Part shown: piece by piece, positions 1 to 11,762 of the stretch
How the letters are laid out: every line of letters begins with the position of its first letter
Position numbering within the stretch: the first letter of the stretch is position 1
NCBI GenBank assembly: GCA_963808765.1
Contig: CAWEHH010000030.1
Coordinates: forward strand, 302,896 to 366,895
Source of the DNA: an uncultured beta proteobacterium
GTDB taxonomy: Bacteria; Pseudomonadota; Gammaproteobacteria; Burkholderiales; SG8-41
Direction: 5' to 3'
DNA: 64,000 nt
Program-made: the position numbers and the translations under genes
Notes under the pieces: generated by a model
The model's input: only the letters and a program-made list of their open reading frames with translations
The model's database searches: none
What the model was told of the DNA's origin: nothing

Positions 1-1220
1 TCAAGGTCTGTTCTTCCGCCGGGATGCCGGGACCGTCGTCGCTCACCGACACGGTGGGCTGCGGTTGTGCGCTCACACGCACGGTGACATGCCCGCCTTC
101 GTTGCTATAACGCACCGCGTTGTCGACCAGGTTGTCGAGCAGTTCTCTCAAGCGTGCGGCGTCGCCCTTCACCATGACCGGCGCCTCAGTGCCCTCGAAG
201 CCGAGATCGATACGGCGCTTCAGCGCCTCGTGCACCCATTCGCCCGCGCATTCGAAAACGAGCGCATTCAGATCGACCGGCCGCATCGTGATGTTGTTAA
301 CAGCCTCGGGCTCGTTGCGCGCGAGCGCGAGCAGTTGCGAGACGATGCGCGCCAGGCGCTGCAGACCCGTGTGCACCGTGCCGAGCGAAGCGCGAACACG
401 CACCGGATCGTCATCCCGCATGGCGAGCTCGAGCTGCGCCTGCACCGCAGCGACCGGTGTCTTGAGTTGATGCGCGGCGTCCGCGATGAAACGATTCTGA
501 AGCGTGAGAATGCTGTCGATGCGCTCGAGCAGCGCGTTGATCTCCGTCATCAACGGTTTCACTTCACCGGGAACCGTGCCGACCTCGAGCGGGCGGCGAT
601 CCCGGTGCGAGCGTTGTGCGATCGCCTGCTCGATGCGTTCGAGCGGCGCGAGCCCGCGCACGACGCCGAACCAGACGATCGCGCCCGCGATCAGGATCAG
701 CACGACCTGGGGAAGCACCACGCTCAGGAGAATTTCGCGCGCCAACTCGTCTCTCTTGTGTTTCGTCTCGGCGATGCGCACGATCGCGTCAGGCCCATTG
801 CCTGCAGCCGGCTGGGCGACGCGCGACTCGACGACGCGCACGCGCTGCTTGTCGATCTCCGCGTCGTACAGCGTCTCGCCTCGGGCAACCAGCGACGCCG
901 GGAGGCGGTGGAGGGATGTGTTGGCCGGACACGAGATGACCGTCACTCGTCGCGATGCCGTAGTACAGCGTGTCCGTGGGATCCGTGAAGAGCACGCTGC
1001 GCGCCGCCTCCGGCAGATCGAATTCGAGGCCCGCGCCGCTCGAGGCGAGATGCAGCGAAACTTCGCGGACGAGCTCGATCAGCGATCGGTCGTACGCGCG
1101 CTGCGAGAAGCCGAGCGCCATCCAGTAGCTGAAGAACGCGTCCGCCGAGAGCAGCGCGCAGAGCGGCACGAGGAGCCACTTGAGTAACTGCGTTCTGAGC
1201 ATCGGCTGCTCACGACTCAT
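1..1220 (-). CDS. Sensor histidine kinase, TctE-like; runs off the window edge; apparent frameshift near 850-900
   Basis: N-terminus MSREQPMLRTQLLKWLLVPL...AYDRSL (ATG at 1220) overlaps the response regulator stop. The minus strand near 1-200 reads DNAVRYS...VSDDGPGIP (HATPase N and G1 boxes). Confidence 0.8.
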
Positions 1221-1884
1221 TCGGCTTCTCGATGAGATAGCCCATCCCGCGCACGGTTCGGATATCGACGCCGCATGTCTCGAGCTTCTTGCGCAGGCGG
1301 TAGATGAAAACCTCTGCCGTATTGCTCGCCGACACGTCTTCCCAGCCGTACAGGCTCTCCAGAATCTGCTGCTTCGTGACGACTTTGCCCGCACGCAGCA
1401 ACAGGAGCTCGAGCACGGCGAATTCACGCGCGGAGACGTCGAGCGGGTCGTTGTCGCAGAAGAGCCGCCGCCCCGATGTATCGAGCTTCAGGCGACCGTG
1501 CACGAGATCCGGACTTCCCGCGAGATGCGCGCGGCGAATGAGCGCACGCACGCGCGCTTCGAGCTCGGACAGGTGAAAGGGCTTCGTGATGTAATCATCG
1601 GCGCCGAGATCGAGGCCGCCGACACGGTCCTCGACGGTGTCTCGCGCCGTCATCATGAGCACCGGTACCTTCGAGCGGCGCATGCGCACGCGCTTCAGCA
1701 CCTCCAGGCCGTCGATGCCGGGAAGACCGATGTCGAGGAGCACGATGTCGTAGTCCGTCGTGAGGATGGCGCGATCGGCCGCTTCCCCGTCGCTGGCGAG
1801 GTCCACCGCATGCGCGGCTTGAGTAAATGCGCGCGCAATGGCATCGGCCAGCATGGCGTCATCTTCCACCAGCAGAATACGCAT
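1210..1884 (-). CDS. OmpR-family response regulator, TctD-like
   Basis: MRILLVEDD...LLDIGLPGIDG...GADDYITKPF...IRTVRGMGY. Confidence 0.93.
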   Translation of the reverse strand: MRILLVEDDAMLADAIARAFTQAAHAVDLASDGEAADRAILTTDYDIVLLDIGLPGIDGLEVLKRVRMRRSKVPVLMMTARDTVEDRVGGLDLGADDYITKPFHLSELEARVRALIRRAHLAGSPDLVHGRLKLDTSGRRLFCDNDPLDVSAREFAVLELLLLRAGKVVTKQQILESLYGWEDVSASNTAEVFIYRLRKKLETCGVDIRTVRGMGYLIEKPNES

Positions 1885-2249
1885 CGAGCTACTCCGGAGG
1901 CGCGGGAACGCCCATCTAACACGATTCGGACTTCACTGCTCTCGCCGCCCAACGACTTTCGCCCGGCGCCTGCAACCGATGCGGCTCACGCTTCGTTCGA
2001 TCGCAGCATCGACTCCCGCCTGCAAGGACGAGCCGCGACTTTGCTACAATGGCCGGACGGTTTTACGCCAAGGCTCCCGCCCGAGGTGGAGGCAAGCCAC
2101 AACGGCCTGATTCGCAGTGACAAGCTCGCACGAAGGCGCATCTTACACACTGAATTCCGCAAGCAGACAATTCCGCGACGACGCAGGGCCTCCGCCGCTA
2201 TTGCATTTGTACGTAGCGCGCGAAGCCGCAGGGCGCGGCTGCGCCGGTA

Positions 2250-2583
2250 ATGCGTAAAGCTCACCTGTTGCTGTGCCTGGGATTGATGTGGGCAGGCGTC
2301 CGCGAGCGCCCAGTTCGTCTCGCAACGGTTCCTGCCGGAGAAGGGCGAGCGCGGCCGGCTCGGTGAAGCGCAGCCGCTCCCGATGGTGAAAATCGGCAAC
2401 CGTGTGCTGCGCCTTGCGCCGGGGGCGGTCATCTACGATCAGCAGAACCGGTCTATCGTTCCCGCGCATTTGCCTCAGGGCGCGGACGTGTACTTCACCA
2501 AAGATCTCACGGGCAACGTCCTGCGCGTGTATATCCTGACCGAACAGGAGCGCGCGCGTCTCGCCGCGGCCGGTAAACGCTAG
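2250..2583 (+). CDS. Small hypothetical exported protein upstream of miaB; apparent frameshift in the signal region
   Basis: ATG at 2250 with hydrophobic leader. ORF 2383-2583 (LRLAPGAVIYDQQNRSIVP) stops 2 nt before miaB. Confidence 0.6.
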
Positions 2584-2585
2584 CG

Positions 2586-3937
2586 ATGACGCGCAAAGTC
2601 TATATTCGGACCTTCGGGTGCCAGATGAACGAGTACCGACTCGGCGAAGATCGCCGACGTGCTTCGCGCGTCTCATGGATTCGAGCCCACGGCCGATCCG
2701 GCGTCGGCCGACGTGATCCTCTTCAACACCTGCTCGGTCCGCGAGAAGGCCCAGGAGAAGGTCTTTCACGATCTGGGACGTGTGAAACATCTGAAGCGCG
2801 AGCGGCCCGACGTGCTGATCGGCGTCGGCGGCTGCGTGGCAAGTCAGGAGGGGCCCGCGATCGTCAAGCGCGCCCCTTACGTCGATTTCGTGTTCGGCCC
2901 GCAGACGCTGCACCGGCTGCCCGAAATGATCGAGGCACGGCGCGCGACCGGCCGATCGCAGGTGGACATCTCGTTTCCCGAGATCGAAAAGTTCGACCGC
3001 CTCCCGCCGGCGCATGTGGACGGGGTGACCGCTTTCGTGTCGATCATGGAAGGCTGCAGCAAGTACTGCACGTTTTGCGTCGTGCCCTACACGCGCGGAG
3101 AGGAAGTGTCGCGCGGCTTCGAGGACGTCCTGACCGAGGTCGCGGAGCTCGCCGTGCAGGGCGTGAGGGAGGTGACGCTGCTCGGCCAGAACGTGAACGC
3201 GTTCCGTGGCAGAACCGAGGACGGCGAGACGGCGGATCTCGCGCAGCTCATCGAGTACGTGGCGGAGATTCCGGGTATAAACCGCATCCGCTACACGACA
3301 TCGCATCCGCGCGAGTTCACGCAACGGCTGATCGACAGCTACGAGCGTGTTTCCAGTCTCGTGAGCCATGTCCACCTGCCCGTCCAGTCCGGCTCCGATC
3401 GCGTGCTCGCGGCGATGAAGCGCGGCTACACCGCGCTCGAATACAAGTCGATCGTGCGCCGGCTGCGTGCCGTGCGGCCGGAAATCTCGATCTCCTCGGA
3501 TTTCATCGTCGGTTTCCCCGGAGAAACGGAACGCGATTTCGCGGCGACGCTGAAGCTCGTCGACGATATCGGATTCGATTCGAGCTTCAGCTTCGTCTAC
3601 AGCCCCCGTCCGGGCACCCCTGCGGCCGATCTGCCAGACGCGACGGCGCAGGAGGTCAAGCTCGAGCGGCTTCAAACGCTGCAGCAGAAGATCGAAGCGC
3701 CAAGCGCAGGCGATCAGCGCCGCGCTCGTCGGCACGCGGCAGCGCGTGCTGGTCGAAGGCCGGTCCCGCAGAAATTCCGATGAGCTCATGGGCCGCACCG
3801 GCAACAATCGTGTCGTGAACTTCAGCGGCCCGCACAGCCTGATCGGCGAGTTCATCGAAGTCGCGATTACGGCAGCCCTTGCGCATTCGCTGCGCGGAGA
3901 AATCGATAACGATGCCCCAAAGCCTCGTACAGATTGA
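2586..3937 (+). CDS. miaB: tRNA i6A37 methylthiotransferase (two apparent frameshifts, near 2636 and 3700)
   Basis: [16 protein letters not shown], radical SAM motif CSKYCTFC, C-terminal TRAM domain, spread over three frames. Confidence 0.95.
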
Positions 3938-4118
3938 TGTGAATACTCAAGGACGTTCGAATGTTACGTTCGCGAGAGAAGCCTGTCCCAGGCGCGCCGA
4001 TCGTGCTCTCCAAAGCCTCGTACAGATGATGTAAAGAATACTCAAGTACGTTCGAATGTTACGTTCGCGGCGACAGCCTGTTCCAGGCGCGCCGCTCACC
4101 GAGAAAGGGGTGGTTCTA
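3917..4118 (+). repeat. Family A repeat: two tandem 93-bp units plus GGGGTGGTTCTA end
   Basis: CCAAAGCCTCGTACAGAT at 3917 and 4010. Both units share GAATACTCAAG.ACGTTCGAATGTTACGTTCGCG and GCCTGT.CCAGGCGCGCCG. Confidence 0.9.
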
Positions 4119-5099
4119 ATTGCTGAGGCCCTCGAACTCAGCTTCACGCCGGTCAACAACCAGCGGCTCGCGAATCTGTGCGGCGCGCTCGACGAGAACC
4201 TGCGCCAGATCGAAACCGCGCTCGACGTGACGATCGCACGACGCGGCGAGAACTTCGCGGTCAGCGGAAGCGCCGCGCCCACGCGGCTCGCGGCGAAGCT
4301 CCTGCAGCGCTTCTACGAGCAGGCCGATGAAGCGCTCTCCCTCGAAGACGTGCAGCTCGGCCTGATCGAGGCCGGCGCGGAACAGTCCGGCAAGACGAAG
4401 GTCGCGGCGCCGACCCTGATCACGCGGCGGCCCGATCTGCACGGCCGCACGCCGCACCAGGTCGAGTATCTGCACAACATCCAGACGCACGACATCACCT
4501 TCAGTGTCGGCCCCGCCGGCACCGGCAAGACGTATCTCGCGGTCGCCTGCGCGGTGGACGCCCTCGAGCGGGAGAACGTGAAGCGCATCGTGCTCGTGCG
4601 CCCTGCCGTCGAGGCTGGCGAACGCCTGGGCTTTCTTCCGGGCGACATGGCGCAGAAGGTCGACCCGTACCTGCGTCCGCTCTACGATGCGCTTTACGAC
4701 CTCATGGGCTACGACAAGGTGGCGAAGATGTTCGAGCGCGGCGCGATCGAGATCGCCCCGCTTGCATTCATGCGAGGCCGCACGCTCAACCACTCGTTCG
4801 TGATACTGGACGAAGCGCAGAATACAACGCCCGAGCAGATGAAGATGTTTCTCACGCGCATGGGCTTCGGCAGCAAGGCGGTCGTTACGGGCGACATCAC
4901 GCAGGTGGACCTCGCGCGCGGCCAGAAAAGCGGGCTCGTCGACGCGCAGGAAGTGCTGAAGAAAATCCGCGGCATCGCCTTCACCCATTTCGGCGCGGAA
5001 GACGTGGTTCGCCATCCGCTCGTGCAGCGCATCGTAAATGCTTATGGAAACCGGGAAGCACGCGACGCGCGCACGCGCGCGCGCAAGCCACCGGAGTGA
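4110..5099 (+). CDS. phoH: PhoH-family ATPase (YbeZ-like); start uncertain (GTG 4110 or ATT 4119)
   Basis: GPAGTGKTYLA, RPAVEAGERLGFLPG, LDEAQN, VVRHPLV. Confidence 0.93.
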   Translation: MVLIAEALELSFTPVNNQRLANLCGALDENLRQIETALDVTIARRGENFAVSGSAAPTRLAAKLLQRFYEQADEALSLEDVQLGLIEAGAEQSGKTKVAAPTLITRRPDLHGRTPHQVEYLHNIQTHDITFSVGPAGTGKTYLAVACAVDALERENVKRIVLVRPAVEAGERLGFLPGDMAQKVDPYLRPLYDALYDLMGYDKVAKMFERGAIEIAPLAFMRGRTLNHSFVILDEAQNTTPEQMKMFLTRMGFGSKAVVTGDITQVDLARGQKSGLVDAQEVLKKIRGIAFTHFGAEDVVRHPLVQRIVNAYGNREARDARTRARKPPE

Positions 5100-5106
5100 G
5101 CGGCGC

Positions 5107-5562
5107 GTGCAGCGGCCGCTCCTCGACCTGACGGTGCAATATGCGACGACTGCGCGCGGCGCGCCCACCCATGACGATTTCTGCGAGTGGGCCGGTTCGG
5201 CGCTCGAGCACGACGCTCGGATCACGGTGCGAGTGGTCGGGCTCGCGGAAGGCCGCACGCTCAACCGCACCTACCGCGGCAGGGACTATGCAACGAACGT
5301 CCTCACCTTCGTGCTGAACGATTCGCCGCCTTTTGCGGGGGATCTCGCGTTGTGCGCGCCGGTCGTGGCGCGTGAAGCGCGCGAGCAGGGAAAGACGCTC
5401 GCGGCCCACTACGCTCACCTCACCATCCACGGCGTGCTGCACCTGCAAGGCTACGACCATGCGGGCAACCGCGCTGCGAAAGTCATGGAAGCGCTCGAGA
5501 CCCGCATACTGAAGGGCCTCGGCTACCCGGATCCGTACGCTCCTCTTACCCATCATGGATGA
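5107..5562 (+). CDS. ybeY: rRNA maturation endoribonuclease
   Basis: LNRTYRGRDYATNVLTF; HGVLHLQGYDH metal-binding motif. Confidence 0.95.
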   Translation: MQRPLLDLTVQYATTARGAPTHDDFCEWAGSALEHDARITVRVVGLAEGRTLNRTYRGRDYATNVLTFVLNDSPPFAGDLALCAPVVAREAREQGKTLAAHYAHLTIHGVLHLQGYDHAGNRAAKVMEALETRILKGLGYPDPYAPLTHHG

Positions 5563-6391
5563 CACCCACAGTAAACCGTCGCTCCTCGAGCGCATCTCCG
5601 CATTCATCATGCGCGAGCCCGAGGACCGCGACCAACTGATCGAAGTGCTGCGCCACGCCCACGAACGCAATCTCCTCGATGCGGACGCACTCTCGATGAT
5701 CGAAGGCGTTCTTCAAGTCTCCGAGCTTCAGGCGCGCGACATCATGGTTCCCCGCTCGCAGATGGACGTGATCGACATCAACGATGCACCCGATGAGTTC
5801 GTGCCGCTGGTCATTCAGACCGCGCACTCGCGCTTTCCCGTGACGAGCGGCAACAAGGACGACGTGCTCGGCATCCTGCTCGCGAAGGACCTGCTGCGCT
5901 ACTACGCCGGCGAAGAGGAGTTCAACGTGCGCGAGATGCTGCGGCCGGCCGTTTTCATCCCGGAATCGAAACCGCTCAACGTCCTGCTGAAGGAGTTTCG
6001 CAAAAACCGCAACCACATCGCGATCGTGGTGGACGAATACGGCGGCGTGGCGGGCCTCGTCACGATCGAGGACGTGCTCGAGCAGATCGTCGGCGAGATC
6101 GAAGACGAATACGACTACGACGAGGACGAAGACAACATCGTCCAGGAACGAACCGGCCACTATCGCGTGAAGGCGGCCACCGAGATCGGCGACTTCAACG
6201 AGAAACTCGGGACCCGTTTCAGCGACGAGGAGTTCGACACGATCGGCGGGCTGGTGCTCAAGCATTTCGGCCGCGTTCCGAAGCGCGGCGAGCAGGTCAC
6301 CATGGAGGGCCTGACCTTCAAGGTGCTGCGGGCCGACAGCCGGAGACTCGATCTGCTCGAAGTCGAAGCGCGCAGCTCGGCCGAAGCGTGA
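5555..6391 (+). CDS. corC: HlyC/CorC CBS-domain transporter-associated protein
   Basis: AHSRFPV, VVDEYGGVAGLVTIEDVLEQIVGEIEDE; lies between ybeY and lnt. Confidence 0.93.
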   Translation: MDDTHSKPSLLERISAFIMREPEDRDQLIEVLRHAHERNLLDADALSMIEGVLQVSELQARDIMVPRSQMDVIDINDAPDEFVPLVIQTAHSRFPVTSGNKDDVLGILLAKDLLRYYAGEEEFNVREMLRPAVFIPESKPLNVLLKEFRKNRNHIAIVVDEYGGVAGLVTIEDVLEQIVGEIEDEYDYDEDEDNIVQERTGHYRVKAATEIGDFNEKLGTRFSDEEFDTIGGLVLKHFGRVPKRGEQVTMEGLTFKVLRADSRRLDLLEVEARSSAEA

Positions 6392-7978
6392 CCCGCATGC
6401 AGCAGGCTGACGACGGCGCCGCCAGGGCAGCCGGGACGGCGAGCGGAAAGCGGGCGCGCTGGATGCCCGATCGTGCGGCCCTCCTCGCCGGTGCGCTCGG
6501 TGCGGCGAGCGTCGCCGGCTTCGCGCCGCTCTATCTTTTTCCGCTCCCGATCGTGACGCTCGCGTTTCTGCTGCATCTGTGGACGCGAGTCTCCGACGCC
6601 AGGTCCGCGGCTCGGCTGGGCTGGTGGTTCGGGCTCGGATTCTTCCTGACGGGCGTCTCATGGGTCTACGTGAGCCTGCACGATTTCGGCGCCATGCCCG
6701 CCCCGCTCGCGGCGCTCGCCACGCTGCTTTTCTGCGCTTATCTCGCGCTCTTTCCGGGCGTCGTCGGCTACGCCTATAAACGCCTGCCTGGCACGCTGGC
6801 GCTGAAGGCGCTCGTGCTTGTCCCGGCCATGTGGACGCTCGCGGAATGGACGCGCGGATGGCTGTTCACGGGCTTTCCGTGGCTCGGCATCGGCTATTCT
6901 CAAGTGCCTGTGAGTCCCCTCGCGGGCTACGCGCCTGTCGCCGGCATCTACGGCGTCACGCTCGCCGTGACTGCCAGTGCGGGGATCGTGTTCCTGTTCG
7001 CGCAATGCGTTCTCGAGCGCCGCCGCGCGCAGGGGCGCAACGGCACGGGCTTACTCATACCCTCAGTCGTCCTCCTCAGTCTGTGGCTCGGCGGCTTCGC
7101 GTTACAACAGGTGCGCTGGACGTCTCCGGCGGGCGATCCCGTCTCCGTCGCGCTGCTCCAGGGGAACATTCCGCAGGAGATCAAGTGGACCGACGAGGGC
7201 CTGCGCACGACGTTGATCACGTATCGCGACCTCGCGCTCGCAAGCGATGCGCGGCTCATCGTGCTGCCCGAGACCGCGCTGCCGCTCTTTCTGCATGACG
7301 TCCCCCCGGACTACCTCCGCGGCTTCGCCGCGCATGCGCGCGCGAACGGCGGTGACGTTCTGATCGGCGTTCCGGAGCGCGAGCCCGCGGGCGACTATTA
7401 CAACTCGCGTGGTTTCGATCGGCACCTCGCCCACGCAGGCGTACCGCAAGTCGCACCTCGTGCCGTTCGGCGAGTTCATTCCGCTGCGCCCGGTGCTCGC
7501 GTGGATCGTCGGCATGCTCTCGATCCCGCTCCAGGATTTCTCGCCCGGCACCCGCGCGCCGCGCCCGCTCGAAGTGGCCGGCCAGCGCATCGCCGTCAAC
7601 ATCTGTTACGAGGATGCCTTCGGCGAGGAAATCATCCGGCAGCTTCCCGACGCCACGCTGCTCGTCAACATGAGCAACGTCGCGTGGTTCGGGCGATCGA
7701 TCGCGCCGCGGCAGCATCTTCAGATCTCGCAGGCGCGCGCGCTCGAGACGGGCCGCTACATGCTGCGCGCGACGAACACCGGCATGACCGCCGTGATCGA
7801 CGAACGCGGGGAGGTCGTGGCGGCGGCACCGCAGTTCTCGACTGCCGCGGTGTCCGCCACCGTGCGCGGCTATACCGGCGCGACGCCCTACGTGCGCTGG
7901 GGCAACAGCGTCGCTCTTGCGCTGTGCGCGGCGCTCGTCGCGGTGGCCGTATGGCGGGGCCGCACGCGGCGCGGCTGA
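6388..7978 (+). CDS. lnt: Apolipoprotein N-acyltransferase (apparent frameshift near 7408)
   Basis: FTGFPW, LQGNIPQ, PETALP, then YRKSHLVPFGEF, ICYED and RATNTG in a second frame. Confidence 0.95.
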
Positions 7979-8043
7979 TTCGGCCACGTGTCGGATAGCA
8001 AGTCCGACACGCTGCTAGAATCCGCCCTTCGCGTAAAGCCCTC

Positions 8044-8931
8044 ATGCTCACGTTCCAGCAGATCATTCTCGCGCTCAACCAGTACTGGGACCGCCAGGGC
8101 TGCGCGCTGTTGCAGCCGTACGACATGGAGGTCGGCGCCGGCACCTTTCACACCGCCACGTTCCTGCGCGCGATCGGCCCCGAACCGTGGAACGCCGCCT
8201 ACGTCCAGCCTTCGCGGCGGCCGAAGGACGGCCGTTACGGCGAGAACCCCAACCGGCTCCAGCACTACTATCAATATCAGGTCGTGATGAAGCCCTCGCC
8301 CGAGCGTCTCCAGGATCTCTATCTCGAGTCGCTGTATGCGCTGGGCATCGATCCGCTCGCCAACGACATCCGCTTCGTCGAGGACGACTGGGAATCGCCT
8401 ACGCTCGGCGCGTGGGGGCTCGGCTGGGAAGTCTGGCTGAACGGCATGGAGGTCACGCAGTTCACCTATTTCCAGCAGGTCGGCGGCCTCGACTGCCGTC
8501 CGGTGCTGGGTGAGCTCACCTACGGGCTCGAGCGGCTCGCGATGTACCTCCAGGCGCGCGAAAACGTCTACGACCTCGTCTGGGTCGACGGCGTCACGTA
8601 CCGCGACGTCTACCACCAGAACGAAGTCGAGCAATCGCACTACAACTTCGAGGTCGCGAACGTGCCCCTGCTGTTGCAGCAATTCGCCGCATGCGAAAGC
8701 GAGTCGAAGCGGCTGGTCGAAGCCGGCCTCGTGCTGCCGGCGTACGAGCTGGTGCTCGAGTGCTCGCACACGTTCAACCTGCTGGATGCGCGGGGCGCGA
8801 TCTCGGTGACCGAGCGGGCGGCGTACATCGCACGCGTGCGCACACTCTCGCGGCTCGTCGCCCAGGCCTATTACGCTTCGCGAGAAGCGCTGGGCTTCCC
8901 GATGTGCAGGCGGGAAGTGGCGGCCGCATGA
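8044..8931 (+). CDS. glyQ: Glycine-tRNA ligase alpha subunit
   Basis: [37 protein letters not shown]. Confidence 0.98.
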   Translation: MLTFQQIILALNQYWDRQGCALLQPYDMEVGAGTFHTATFLRAIGPEPWNAAYVQPSRRPKDGRYGENPNRLQHYYQYQVVMKPSPERLQDLYLESLYALGIDPLANDIRFVEDDWESPTLGAWGLGWEVWLNGMEVTQFTYFQQVGGLDCRPVLGELTYGLERLAMYLQARENVYDLVWVDGVTYRDVYHQNEVEQSHYNFEVANVPLLLQQFAACESESKRLVEAGLVLPAYELVLECSHTFNLLDARGAISVTERAAYIARVRTLSRLVAQAYYASREALGFPMCRREVAAA

Positions 8932-11062
8932 GCACGGATACGCTTCTGGTCGAGATCCTCACCGAGGAGCTTCCGCCAAAGGCGCTCGCGCGCCTCGGAC
9001 AGGCGTTCGCGGACGCGCTTTCGAAGGCACTCGCTCAGGATGGGTTTCTGAGCACCGACAGCGCCGTTCGCTGGTTCGCGACGCCGCGCCGGCTCGCGGT
9101 CGAGATCGGAAACGTGCGTGAGGCGGCGCCCGACAGGACCGCCGACGTCGCCGGGCCATCGGTCAAGGTCGGCCTGGATGCGGCTGGCAAGCCGACACCA
9201 GCCCTGCTGGGATTCGCGCGCAAGAACGGCGTCGCTATCGAGTTGCTCGAGCAAAGGGACACGCCCAAGGGCCCGGCATTCTTTTATCGCGCGACGACGA
9301 AGGGGAGCACGCTCGCGAGCGCACTCGAATCGAAAGTGGCGGCGGCGCTTCGGGCGTTGCCGATTCCGAAGGTGATGCGCTGGGGCGCGAGCGACGCCGA
9401 GTTCGTGCGCCCGGTGCACGGCCTCATGATGATGCACGGCGCGCGCGTGGTGCCCGGCACGGTGCTCGGTGTCGCGAGCAGCAGCTCGACGCGCGGCCAT
9501 CGATTCCTGTCGCGCGGCGCTTGGGGGTTGCCACACGCGCGGGACTACGAGCAGGTGCTCGCAAGAGGCGTGGGTGGTGGCGAACTTCGAGAAGCGCAAG
9601 GCGCGCATTGCCGAGGCATTGCGTAAATCAGCGGCTGACCGTGCCCGCGTCGCGGCCGACGACGCGCTGCTGGACGAGGTGACCGCGCTCGTCGAGTGGC
9701 CTGTGGTGTACGAAGGCCGCTTCAGCGAGGCGTTCCTGGAAGTGCCGCAGGAATGCCTCGTGCTTTCGATGAAGCAGCACCAGAAGTACTTTCCGCTCAC
9801 GGATCCGGCTTCATCGAAGCTCCTGCCGCGCTTCCTGCTCGTCTCGAACCTGCCGACCGACGATCCCGCCGAACATCGTTCACGGCAACGAGCGCGTGCT
9901 GCGCGCGCGGCTCGCCGACGCGAAATTCTTCTACGACCAGGACCGAAAGACTCGACTCGAAGAGCGCGTGTCACAGTTGGCGCAGGTCGTCTATCACAAC
10001 CGGCTCGGCACGCAGCTCGAGCGCGTCGAGCGCGTGGAGCGGCTCACGCTGCCGATCTCGGCCGCGCTCGGCATCGACGTGAAACCGCCGGCACGTGCGG
10101 CAAGGCTCTGCAAGGCGGACCTGCTCACCGGCATGGTCGGCGAGTTTCCGGAACTGCAGGGCATCATGGGGCGCTACTACGCGCTGCACGACGGCGAGCC
10201 GGCGGCCGTGGCGGACGCGATCGAAGAGCACTACCGGCCGCGCTTTGCCGGCGACGCGCTCCCCGAATCGACCGAAGGTTGCGTCGTCGCGCTCGCGGAC
10301 AAGCTCGAATCGCTCGCGGGCCTCTTCGGGATCGGCCAGCAGCCGAGCGGCGACAAGGATCCGTTCGGATTGCGCCGCCAGGCGCTGGGCGTCATTCGCA
10401 TCCTGGCCGAGCGCAAGCTCCCGCTCGCGCTGTCGCAACTCATCGAGGCGGCGTTCGGTGTTTTCCAGGAGTCGTTCGAAGCCGCGGCTGGAAAGAGCCA
10501 GGTTTCGAACGCGCCTGCCGTGCAGCGCAAGCCGAACGATTCCACGGCGGATGCCCAGCTTCTCGATTTCTTCTTCGACCGCATGCGCGGCTATTTCGCC
10601 GAAGCCGGCTATTCCGCGGCCGAGATCGATGCGGTGCTCGCGCTGAGACCGGATCGGATCGACCTCGTGCCGCTGCAGCTCGAAGCGGTGAAGATGTTCA
10701 ACACGCTGCCCGAGGCGCCGGCCTCGCGGCGGCCAACAAGCGCATCGGCAACATTCTCAGGAAGGCGACGCGGGTTCCTGCGAGTTCGACGAGGCGCTTG
10801 CTGGTCGAGCAGCCCGAGCAGCGCCCTCGCCGCACAGTTCGCCGCCGCCGCGCAATCGCGGCCGAGCGCACTACGCGGCGCAGGACTATCGAGCGCATGC
10901 TGAAGACGCTTCGCGGCGCTGCGAGGCCCGGTGGATGCGTTCTTCGACGGCGTCATGGTGATGACGGACGACGAGCGGCTGCGCGACAATCGCATCGCGC
11001 TGCTCGCGCAGCTGCGCGAGACGATGAATCGCATCGCGGACATTTCGAAGCTGGCAGTGTGA
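8928..11062 (+). CDS. glyS: Glycine-tRNA ligase beta subunit (several apparent frameshifts)
   Basis: [37 protein letters not shown]; ends ...ADISKLAV*. Confidence 0.95.
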
Positions 11063-11084
11063 ATCGATCACAGTCGACATCGAT

Positions 11085-11227
11085 CCCGGGGCAGTCCCGC
11101 TGCGGGGGCGGTCCCGCGGTTTCCAGCCACGTGTACAGGGGTCAGTCCCGGTTTTCGGGCTGGCTTTCGCGAGCGCCCCAAAACTCCGGGACAGACCCCA
11201 TCCCAGACCCCATCCCAGACCCCCTCC
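11085..11227. repeat. REP-like GGGGTCAGTCCC/GGGACAGACCCC inverted pair plus 12-bp tandem CAGACCCCATCC
   Basis: GGGGTCAGTCCCGGTTTT at 11138; AAAACTCCGGGACAGACCCC ending 11199; degenerate copies near 11087 and 11105. Confidence 0.75.
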
Positions 11228-11228
11228 C

Positions 11229-11762
11229 ATGAAGCTCGTCATCCTCGACCGCGACGGCGTCATCAACCACGACAGCGACAGCTACATCAAGGGGCCGGAC
11301 GAGTGGCGCCCGATCCGCGGCAGCCTGGAAGCGATCGCGCGGCTGAACCATGCCGGCTATCACGTGGTGCTCGCGACGAACCAGTCCGGCGTCGGGCGCG
11401 GCCTTTTCGAAGTCTCCACGCTGAACGCGATCCACGACAGGATGCATCGCGCGCTCGCCCAGATCGGCGGGCGCATCGACGCGATCTTCTTCTGCCCGCA
11501 CGCGCAGGACGCGAACTGCGCGTGCCGCAAGCCGCGGCCGGGGCTGCTCGAGGAGATCGCACGCCGCTTCAACATGGACCTGAAAGGCGTTCCGGCGATC
11601 GGCGACTCGCTGCGCGACTTCCAGGCCGCCGCCGCGGTCGGCGCGGTGCCGATGCTCGTCCTCACCGGCAAGGGCGAGAGGACGCGAGCGGCGGGCGGGC
11701 TGCCCGAAGGCACGCAGATCTACGCCGATCTCGCCGAGGCCGTGCGCGCGATCGTGCGATGA
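11229..11762 (+). CDS. gmhB: D-glycero-D-manno-heptose 1,7-bisphosphate phosphatase
   Basis: [17 protein letters not shown]...CACRKP, IGDS. Confidence 0.95.
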   Translation: MKLVILDRDGVINHDSDSYIKGPDEWRPIRGSLEAIARLNHAGYHVVLATNQSGVGRGLFEVSTLNAIHDRMHRALAQIGGRIDAIFFCPHAQDANCACRKPRPGLLEEIARRFNMDLKGVPAIGDSLRDFQAAAAVGAVPMLVLTGKGERTRAAGGLPEGTQIYADLAEAVRAIVR

